This document shows, in pieces, positions 24,611 to 33,943 of a DNA stretch of 64,000 bases. Source of the stretch: Eutreptiella sp. 'Long Island Sound 2002'. Taxonomy: Eukaryota; Protista; Euglenida. The stretch covers positions 181,164,001-181,228,000 of the forward strand of contig OZ038378.1 in the NCBI GenBank assembly GCA_964036045.1, written 5' to 3'. The position numbers and the translations under genes are program-made. Every line of letters begins with the position of its first letter. Positions within the stretch are counted from its first letter, which is position 1. The notes beneath the pieces are model-generated. The model was not told the DNA's origin, ran no database searches, and was given only the letters and a program-made list of their open reading frames with translations.

Positions 24611-25816
24611 ATTACAACATACACAGGACCCACGCACGCACTACACACAAGGAGCGTGAGGGGGTGATGGGCGGTAGTCCGGAGCCTCCAAGACCGTTGG
24701 GTGCTTACCATACCATACCATACTCCCACACACCTTCCCGCATACTGACCAAAGGCCGGCTAGACCAAAGGTGTGGCACTCAGGGGACACTACTTGGTAC
24801 CACACCCACCTTTGTGGAACAACCCCCTTCCCGAAAACACTGCAAGTGTGAGTATTCGGATAAGCATTTCAACCCCCCTCCGCCATCCCTCTGTTTCACT
24901 CCCTGCCATAACCTCAACAACCAGCCTTTTCGGGACCCCCCCCCCCCATCCCCAAGCCTTGGGACGGTGTTCGGTGGTTCCACAAGGAGAAGACGTCACC
25001 AAGCCTCAACTATGGGTCAACTGTGGCACGGTCCTTGAGCAGGGTCCTTTCAGGGGTCCTTTAAGGGGGTCCTTTAGGGGGGTCCTCCACAGGGATTCTT
25101 TAGGGTTGTCCTTTGGGGGGTCACGGGGTTGGTCTTTCACGGTGGTCCTTCAAGGGGATATTGTCATAGGGTGATTCAGCAAGGGTTTGTGACCTTTCAT
25201 GGGGTCCCTTGACAAAGGTCCTTTTTGAACTGCTTTGATCGGGGTGCATGGTGTTCCCTTTCCCACCAGCTCAGTCCTAGTATTCATTCCTGATTAGGGT
25301 TTGACCAAGCCATACCCTCACCCTACGTAAGCATCCCCCTCCCCTTCTTATCCCCTGCCCCCCAGAACAGACATCCCCCCCACTGCATTGAAACCGGAGA
25401 TGGTCTTGGGTTGGTTTCGGGGGGTCCTGTTAATTGAGCCCGTTTGCGGAGGATGAATGGGCCTCAAATGGTCAGGTTGCAGTGTCCGCATTAGGCTCTG
25501 GCCGCGCCTGCATCACAGCTGTCATCGCCTTCTGTCCATCCCACCGGTGTACAGCGCTGCCAAGTTCAGCCCTCGTCCCTGCGTCCGCTCTCCATACTGG
25601 CGCTCTGGGCTCTACAGGGTTATGCGTGCATCCAGGTCAACGGTCACTCCCTCCCCGTGCTACTGTGAATGCTGGCCCCACTGAGCCACACCAGGTTGGG
25701 CTTTTGGGTTTTTCAACCTAATGACCCAGCCACACCAGGTTGGACGGGTCATTAGGTTGAAAAACCCAGTGGCTACAGGTTTGATTAAAGTTAGTGTAAC
25801 ATTCAACATTCAACAT

Positions 25817-25996
25817 TCAAGGGGTGAAACAGCGCGATCCTTCCGTGCTGCATGACACTGTCGAAGCCGTGGAGGGGGAGTCCGGCGCCGGTGTGTCCGA
25901 GCGGGACCCCTGTAACGATGCTTCAAAAAACAGCTGTTGTTGGGTTGAGGGGGGTGCATCGCCCTCCATTGCCACCAGCTCCAGCGATGCCAGCAA
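25817..25996 (-). CDS. Candidate terminal exon or coding remnant, copy A (59 aa + TGA)
   Basis: CCTTGCAG|TTG acceptor, phase 0; same length and stop as copy B with mostly synonymous differences. Confidence 0.4.
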   Translation of the reverse strand: MLASLELVAMEGDAPPSTQQQLFFEASLQGSRSDTPAPDSPSTASTVSCSTEGSRCFTP

Positions 25997-26361
25997 CTGC
26001 AAGGACGCCTGCGGAGACAGGGGGGGCCTCAAATGGTCAGGTTGCAGTGTCCGCATTTGGCTCTGGCTGCGCCTGCCCCACAGCTGTCATCGCCATCTGT
26101 CCAATCTGCCAATGTTCGGCGGAGCCTCAGCTCGAGGTCTGTTCAGCAGTTCATCCCTCGTCCCTGTGTCCGCTCGCTGCATTCGCTTCCTGGGCTCTAC
26201 AGGGTTATGCGTGCATCCAGGTCAAAGGTCACTCCCTTCCCGTGGTGCTGCTGTAGCTGGCCCCATTCGGCCACACTAGGTCGGGCTTTGCTGGGGCCTT
26301 AGGTTGAAAAACCCAGTGGGTACAGGATCAGTTAAGGTCAAAGACATTCAACATTCAACAC

Positions 26362-26541
26362 TCAGGGGGTAAGGCATCGTGACCCTTCAGTGCTGCATGA
26401 CATCGTTGAAGCCGTGGAGGGGGAGCCCGGCGCGGATGCATCCGAGTGGGGCTCCTGTGACGAAGTCTCATAGTTCAGTTCCTTCCGGGGGGACAGGGGT
26501 TCTTCGCCCTCCATTGCCACCAGCTCCAACGATGCTAGCAG
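26362..26541 (-). CDS. Candidate terminal exon or coding remnant, copy B (59 aa + TGA)
   Basis: GTCCCTGCAG|CTG acceptor, phase 0, 345 nt downstream of the exon 2 donor. Confidence 0.4.
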   Translation of the reverse strand: MLASLELVAMEGEEPLSPRKELNYETSSQEPHSDASAPGSPSTASTMSCSTEGSRCLTP

Positions 26542-26679
26542 CTGCAGGGACACTCGGGGGGACATGGGTGACAGGGATTGTGGCGTGTGGAACGTGGTTC
26601 TCGCTGGTCCCACACGGTAGGGCGTGCTCGTTCGCCGGCTTGTGGCTGGCGTGGCCTCCGTGTGATTAGGCAACGGGCC

Positions 26680-26750
26680 GCGTTTTGGGGTTCGAACCGC
26701 CGACCACACGGATGCCGGTCGGCTGCGTTTCCACTCGGCCGCTACGTGGA
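26680..26750 (-). mobile_element. tRNA-derived (SINE-like) head with Pol III A and B boxes
   Basis: Minus strand reads TAGCGGCCGAGTGG (A box) ... GGTTCGAACCCC (B box); no convincing acceptor stem, so not called a tRNA. Confidence 0.55.
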
Positions 26751-26885
26751 GACAGGGGGGGGGGGGGGGGCTGCCCAGCCACGGGGCTCTATTGACCCCC
26801 CCCCCCACCCCGCTGAAGTGAAGGTCCGACCACCCTGGCTGGGGCAGACCAGCTTTCCCCACGCCCCGTAATGGCTGAGAAATAC

Positions 26886-27137
26886 CTGTGCGAGCGTAGA
26901 CCGGATATACGGTCGGCAGAAGCGCATCAAAACACGATACTTGCAGGCTAGCGTGTTGACCAAGTGGTGGCTGGGGCGCACATCGTCGGTCACTTCCATG
27001 CGGTAGCACCTGAACCCCAGCTTCTGTTGTCGCTCCGGCAGCACTGCATCCAGCACCACAGACACCAGGTCGTGGCGCGAGTCACTTTGAATGCGCTTGA
27101 AAGTTTCATGGACATAGGCCTTTGGGCCCTCTAGCAC
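26886..27137 (-). CDS. PAC-like gene exon 2: C-terminal half of BLUF domain plus helical linker
   Basis: Acceptor CGCTGTGCAG|GTG, donor CAG|GTATTT; VLEGPKAYVHETFKRIQSDSRHDLVSVV..ER....FRCYRM fits the BLUF consensus LEG....V..l..RI..D.RH..v......R.F..w.M. Confidence 0.9.
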
Positions 27138-28374
27138 CTGCACAGCGCAGGAGTGGGGTACAAGCACGGACAGCGAGGAGGTTGTGGATGGGTACCAAGG
27201 ATGCCATCCATCAGGAGCCCACCAGAAATAAGACCATTCCTCATAAATGAACACGAGCCTTCGGCGTGAGACGGCCGCCTTAAACACATCCATGCAACAG
27301 ATCAGTCACCCAAAGCACACCCACACAACAAGGTTGTTGCCCGTGAACTCGCCTATTGCACAATGCAATCCCAATGCAATAATTAATTATGGAACTGCGA
27401 TGGAATTATGGAACACACTAAGGAACACGGCATATCAAAGCATGGGATGGCACATGAATATATCATCCTGGGGGGGATGTTTGCCCGGCGCGCGCCCGGC
27501 TACCTTTGTATTAAGTATCCTAGCTCCAGCCTCAATTTTATCCTCACCTAGGGAAGTCCCCCAAGAAGACCGCACCGGACCGCAAACAAAGCACGTTGCA
27601 TAAGCCGAAATCTGAGAATTCAACAACACACAATGTCACTCAGAATGTCCTTAAATAATACCATTCCCAAGAGTGTGGGTGTCAATACATTCACAATAGT
27701 AGTGCTCCTTACACCCACCACATACTGTGATGGTGGAGCGCTTGTGACAATACAATGCACAAACTTCTGCCTCATCCTCTCCCTCATCTTCTGTGGCGGC
27801 CGAGTTGCTCTTGTCCGTCCAAACATGAGGTGGAACCAAGTAGGGCGGCCTGTTCAAATTCTATACCCCAACCGGGTGCGAAAACTTTTGGGGGTCTGGA
27901 GGGGGGGGGGGGGGGATTGGGGGGGCGGGTTGGCGCCGGGGGGAGTGCCGGGGGGGGGGGGGGTTCCCAAGGGTATAAAGGGGCGGGGGGATCAAGCACC
28001 TCCGAACAGTTGGGTATGCGGCCCAAGTAGCCTGACTCACGCACCGCCCCTAGCCAAATGGATAGGGTGTCATCGGCTTGGGTATTTCCGGCAATGGGTA
28101 CCAGAAACCTCAGGGGCGGGGTCCCGAGGCGGTCATGGGGTGAGGTGCACAACATGGGGTTCGCGATACACAAGGGAGTGGGGCGTTCGGGGGTGAGGTG
28201 TACAACATGGGGTTCGTGGTATACAAAGGAGTGAGAAAAGGTACGAATTTTGAAGCCAAATTTTGGTTGTTCAAAGAACAGGGAAGGTTGCTTCCCTAAC
28301 GCTGGCATGCTTCCTTGTCACAACGTCACCAACATCTGGGGGCACGAATTCCGAACCTGACGTGCCGCTGGTGT

Positions 28375-28430
28375 TGCTGCTACTGCTGCTGCTGCTACTG
28401 CTGCTACTGCTGCTACTACTGTTGTTGCTA
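28375..28430. repeat. (CTG/CTA)n microsatellite
   Basis: Direct reading. Confidence 0.9.
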
Positions 28431-30293
28431 CCGCCATCGATGGTGGCTGGCACATGTGATGAGGCGGTAATTTCCGGCACATGGATAGGGACAGGATCTG
28501 TACGGCCCGCCTTGTGAGCACGCGAGAAGGCAGCAAGGACGGCAGCCCATTCCTCTACTGAAATCAAAGGTGCGGGAGGCCCCATGGGGTGACCTTCCCA
28601 GATATGGTCCGCCAAAACATGGGAGCAAACCCACTTGCCACACGTGCGCGCAAGGCATTTCATCGGCACATGGGTGTAGGGATTTGTCTTGGAGCCCTTT
28701 TGCGCACGGGTGACACTCAGCTGCTCATGTGCAAGCGGGCAAAATTGCTGGATGGGCAATTGTTCCCGATCCGCCCACCTGTGTCCTTTCAAGAAATGCC
28801 CTGCCACATGCAACCAATACTACAGTACTCCCAAAATCCCCAATGCGAATTGAACATTTTGAGTATACACACATAGGGGTGTTGAGTAATTCTAGTGCAT
28901 GCCGCATGCCCGCAAAAAAATTTTCGGCGCCTGCGGAACCGCCCATTTTGCCCAAAATCTCAATTTGGAGAAAGACGGGTTCGAAAACTTTAGGGGGTCC
29001 GGGGGGGGGGGGGGGGTCGGGAATGAGAACAGGCCGCCCCCCTCGGGCGGAACATGGTTCCATGGCTACATCACTTGGGCGGACTGGCTCCATAACCCCA
29101 CCCTTCTCGGGGGTCCCCAATAAAAGGGGACAAAATCAACAGTGGCTACATCACCCCTGTCTTCTCGGGGGTTCCCAATAGAAAGGGGCAAATTCAGAAT
29201 CACCCCTGCATTCTTGGGCTGATAGTTTGGTGAGGGGGGGGGGGGGGGGGGACAGGCACGGGTGGGGAATGGTCAAAAAAAGATGTGCAGAGCGCTCCCG
29301 GCGCGCTGATACTCCCCCCTGATTTGCCTTTCCTTCATTCATGTGTTGTCTTGTTCTGTCCCATGCTTTGAAGTGCTGTGCTGCTTAGTGTGTTCCATAC
29401 TTGACCAGCAAATACCTGATCCCTGAACTGCGAATTCAAGATGGATAGTATTGCGCCAAAGTGGTGCTTCCAAATGGAGCCATATCTTTTGCACAACGAT
29501 TGGAACATAAACACATGCAAATGGGTAAAGAAGAGGTGTGAGAAGGAGAAATCAGGAGGAGGAACAGGAGGACTTTACAAGATCCCTCTGCATCCGCTCT
29601 GGTAATAATAGTATTCTCATTAGCTGAGACCCTCCCAAAAAAAGCACGTGGACCTAGAATTGGCCTCGAATATCAGGCCTTTCTAGTACGTTTTACATTT
29701 CATAGTTCTTGGATGTGGGTGGGTGGGTTGGCCCATTTAGCCCCTGCAACCCCACCCTCATGCCCGTTGTTCACACATATGACGGTACATACAGTGGGGA
29801 GGTGATCCATACCTTCTGTGGGCCGGCTCTGCGACGCACCAGCTCCCCATCTGACCCCAACTACCCCTGCAAACCGCAATTACAACAGAAGTGCACGCTC
29901 CGTTTTGCCAAACACGTCTGACCGCCTTCCTAACTGCTGCTAATACCCAGCTCTGCCCGCCCCCTTCGCACGGGGTAGACCCGCCCTGAAGCAGAAGCCT
30001 CGACTGGCTTACACCAGAGCCCAAGCTAGAACACAAGAACGACCACAACAACAACGATCAGGGGCGAATTGGCAGTGGCGAATGGTGTGCGAAACAGATC
30101 CCTAGGAGTGACGGGTCAATGAGTGATGACAACGTTGAGTGTTGGGATAGTGGGCCCAAGAAGCCCCCAAATTAATACGGCCACTGGAGGGCAGGCAAGC
30201 ATGTTTCTTTGGTAGGCTTCAATCAGAGACAATTGGGGACAATCAGAGACAATCAGAGACAATCAATCAGAGAAAACCAGGAATAGGCAGCAC

Positions 30294-30470
30294 CTGCAAT
30301 ACTGCATCCTCTGTCATCCACATCTGGCTACCCACTTGAAGTGCAGAGTTGCTTTTTGTCCAGAACACCTCAAAATCTTGCCATTCACGGGGCGTCGGTC
30401 GTGGGGCCACCCAACGTGACACGTACACGAGCACATGCAAAGCATCCCCATCAGAGGAAGCAGCAGTCAT
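30294..30470 (-). CDS. PAC-like gene exon 1: start codon and N-terminal half of BLUF domain
   Basis: MTAASSDGDALHVLVYVSR...TKSNSALQVGSQMWMTEDAVLQ; YxS motif and the 18-residue Asn-to-Gln spacing of BLUF domains; donor CAG|GTGCTG. The ATG at 30470 is inferred (frame is open further upstream). Confidence 0.85.
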
Positions 30471-33099
30471 TGTATGCCGCAGCGCAGGGGTTAAGGTTAG
30501 AGAGCCTGGGCGGATGGCTGCCTGTTGGTGGGTGTGAGGCTCAAAATGTAGGGACGTCACAGCACATGATATCTGAAGCAACAGTGCAATACTGCGTGGC
30601 CCAGGCACTTTGGTGTGTTCATTACATAGAAACAAATGGGTGCACCCCAGTACAGGTTGCAGGGAAAGGGGCCCAACAGAACTAAGAAACACAGAACCAA
30701 AAACCTTTTCTTTGTGTGGCCATGCTGGTGGATCAGTGATTAGCATGCATGAGCATGGGAACCCTGCCTCAGTAGGTCTAGACACCGCTGGCCCGCACCA
30801 TCTTGGGGCCTGGAGGCACCCTGAAGGGGGGAGGGGGGCTATGTTTCGGTGGGGGGGGGGGGGGGGGCGGAGCGCTGGCCCCAGCATACGGGGCAGGAGG
30901 GGCATGGCGTTACTCCACAGCTCACCAAGTAGTGACTAGGTGGCATGTTCGTGTCAGGGTTAGCATGTGTGTGTTTTGTAATCCCCCATTCTTAAGCAAA
31001 TACTGTAGGATTGTGTTTTACGGCGGGCCCAAGCACTGCTGTGATTCGTTTACACTTTTTTTATCAGTTCATTCTGTTTCGCCAATCATAGTGGCATTAT
31101 TCTCCCCATTTTTGGTTTGTTTGTTTTTCTTATCATCTCCAAACGTTTTGCAGTGGAATGCGCCCACTAATGTCTATTCAATTCACGTTCGCTATCCGAG
31201 TCGAAGTAGTGGACAAGGCGTTTAAAAGCAGCTACAGCATCACGACACCGCTGCCCAATGGCCACTGGTGGCCAATGGCTCTTGCATCCTGACTCTGCTA
31301 ATGAGGAGGACATGCTTTTTTTCTGCTTTGTGTTGTTGGGATCGGTGGAGCTGTTGAGTGACACCATCCAAAAATCACTGAATTACTTTTAAAAAATGCA
31401 TTACAGCTCTTAGTGTGATGAAGAAACAACATTTCCAACAAAAAAACAAAAAGCGCCATTTTTTTTTAAAGAACACAAATTTGGGTATCAGGGTGTCCAT
31501 GGAGGTATTGACACCGGCTTTGCCTCACTCCCCTTTGTCTGTCCTGCACCCCGAAGCCACGAGGAGGAGCTCTACGCCATCTTCTTCACCGATGCTACAC
31601 CAGAGGATGCACAGTCCTTCACGGGAGGGTTGCAAGTGGATGTAGCAGGGATGTGGAAGACCCACCCCTGCCCTGGGTGGGTCAACAAAGGCGCCGCACT
31701 CATACAAGACCCCAGGGGGCCCTACTTGAGGTCAAGTGTTGTTGCACCACATGGGTAATAGGGACAATTTAGATTTCGCTGCCAGCAGAATTTCAGAAAC
31801 AAGAGGCGAAAACAGAGTCAAATGCTAAAATCAATTCATATTAAAGCGCAAAAAGCTCAGCACGGCTATGTGTAGGGATGTGAGCAATCAGCAATTTCGT
31901 GAACGGTCGGAGAGCACCGAATCCTGTGCACAACTGCCTCAAAGCATCATATAAGAATGAGCATCCCAAAAAAAAAACCCACCCATTGGGCAGTGGGGCA
32001 AAACAATGATGTATCAGTAGAGTTGGCAGGACACCAATAGCTAAAGTCGACGGGCAACAGAATCTGGGTCAAATAAATGAGATACCTTGAAAGGATGCAG
32101 GCTCCCCCTCAGTGCCATGTCATCAGGCAACTCCCCCACATTTAACTCAAACCGCACACTTTTCAGCCTACCCAGAGATGTCATGCATGCAAGGGTGGCT
32201 GGGTCAGGTGCCCTCCATTTTGTTTTTCCCATAAGGACCCTGACCCTTCCCTCCCACCCAAGGCAAGGGCGGGGGGCCTACGCCCTGCCCCCCCATCTGC
32301 CCCTTCCCCCTTCACTCTAGGTCAGCTGAAAACTTGGGTTTTGGGATACTTTTTCTGTGAGCAGGGAATTTTTTCTCTACACGTTTGACATGTATCAAAG
32401 AGAATTTAATTATTGTTCGGCGTGTAGTCTATGTTCACTGCTTGCAGGTTACCGTGACTCTAGGTATTTCCACTCACCGCTTCAACTGCCACCCCCTGTA
32501 AAACTTGAAGACGTAATCGATGTGCTACGTTATTTTAGGTTTCAAGATGTGCTCACCTAAGGCTTGAAGGCTACCCTACTAGGGGGGTGGGGGGGTCAGA
32601 GTGGGTGGATGGGTCCTTGAGAATTGAACCCCCCCCCCCCAAAATTGGGGTATGCCATGACTGGGTATAGTTTTTTGTTAAGGCGGTCCTAGAGGACAGC
32701 GGTTTAGAACATCTTGTCAGGGGCCAATCTTGGCCAATTATGCAGCCATACTGATTTCTCCCCGATACGGGGACTGCATTGATGGACCCACCAACCCCTC
32801 CCCGCGCACAGGGCACAGGGGTAGGCCAATGGCTGGGTGGGTGGGTGGGTGGGTGTTGAAAAGTGGGTGTGGGGTCTAGTTCTAGCCCCGTCGCTCCAAA
32901 AAAGCCTTGGGCTCACCGAACAGAAGAGACAAGAAGCATGTATTGACGTGCAAAAAGCATGTTCCACATTGTTTTTCCACTTACCCAGGGCAACGCTATG
33001 CAAGTTTGCCAGTGTGGAGCAGGAGATGGCAGGCCAAAACCGCGAAGTACGTTGTTTGCCGTATGTGATGTGCGCTCTACTTTACAGGAATCCAAAGAG

Positions 33100-33500
33100 G
33101 ACAAATATCCCCAATTCAGAAACCGGGAAAGGGGTTTCTCCCAACTGGACACAAACCCCCCATTCGGGAACCGGCAGTAGTATACACCAATTCCCAATTG
33201 GGGGGCGGTGATGGGCTGCTATGAATCGAACCCCCCTCCTTGGTTCCTGAATGGGGGATTTCCATCCCCAAAGGACAATTTTACCAAATTGAGGAACCGG
33301 CATGAAAATTGTCCCACAGGGAGAACCCCCCTTCCCAGTTCCCAAATGGAGCATTTCTGTCCCCAACAGTAACACCTCTCCCCGATTCCTGAGTGGGGGA
33401 TTTCTATCCTCCGTGGACAGAAATCCCCCATTTGGGAACTGGGGAGGGGCTTCCTCCCATGAGGACAAAAAACCCCCATTTGGGAACCGGGAAGAGGAGT
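33100..33500. repeat. Imperfect minisatellite of CCCCATT(C/T)GGGAACCGG-type motifs
   Basis: Motif recurs at about 33118, 33160, 33285, 33425 and 33475, with inverted variants. Confidence 0.6.
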
Positions 33501-33856
33501 TAGAATTGGCGCTGGTGGGGGTGTAGGGAGGAGACAAGACAAGTGGCTCCATGAATGCTACCATTTTAGCTGCATTAAGTACATTCTGCTTTTTTTTTTC
33601 ATTGGGCTCTGCTTCCCATGCTAGCACCTCTTTTTTTTTTCATCATCTAGAATTTGCAACAGTGGTGCCAACGAAGGCTGGGCCTCCCTATAGTGTACCT
33701 CCAAGCCATATAACCACAAACTCAATGTGCAAGAGTGCCACATGACTTGCTGGTTTGTGCAGGGGCTACAAGCGGTTGCCTTACAGCATGTGCGCCATCT
33801 TACTTGCAAATGCCAAGCAGGACAATTGTCCTCCCAAAGAAACCCCCTTCCTCCTT

Positions 33857-33943
33857 CTCCTCCTCCTCCTCCTCCTCCTCCTCCTCCTCCTCCTCCTCCT
33901 CCTCCTCCTCCAGCTCCTCCTCCTCCTCCTCCTCCTCCTCCTC
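33857..33943. repeat. (CCT)n microsatellite
   Basis: Direct reading. Confidence 0.95.

Larger units (their letters stand above)
25460..26560. repeat. ~560-bp tandem duplication in intron 2
   Basis: GGCCTCAAATGGTCAGGTTGCAGTGTCCGCATT at 25461 and 26025; ACATTCAACATTCAA at about 25800 and 26345. Confidence 0.85.
9312..30470 (-). other. Six-exon gene span: BLUF + degenerate class III cyclase domain + EF-hand pair (PAC-like), 593 aa
   Basis: Exon lengths 177+252+352+365+492+144=1782 nt, open frame throughout; all five introns GT..AG with matching phases; junctions fall inside recognisable motifs (LQ|VLEG, LAQ|GYNP, YATA|AVVASNFVAGNV, RLA|EYYAEF). Confidence 0.85.

Noticed and set aside
27195-27260. 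Peptide MRNGLISGGLLMDG resembling the BLUF N..GITG.LL strand
   Set aside because: Out of frame with exon 2, lacks YxS, and the true first half of BLUF is at 30294-30470
27651-28813. PHD-like (CALYC...CGGC..HYYCEC) and other Cys/His-rich peptides as extra exons
   Set aside because: Lie in intron 1, whose ends already join precisely within the BLUF motif; more likely a TE relic; no splice support
30471-30905. In-frame upstream extension of exon 1, or a second upstream BLUF-cyclase unit as in PAC
   Set aside because: Extension is low-complexity and crosses a poly-G run; I found no second BLUF or cyclase motif in 30.5-64 kb, though a small missed exon cannot be excluded
31500-32560. Short exon-like frames (IFFTDATP.. 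plus; LKSVRFELNVGELPDD.. minus; YRDSRYFHSP.. plus)
   Set aside because: Conflicting strands, no recognisable family and no consistent chain of exons
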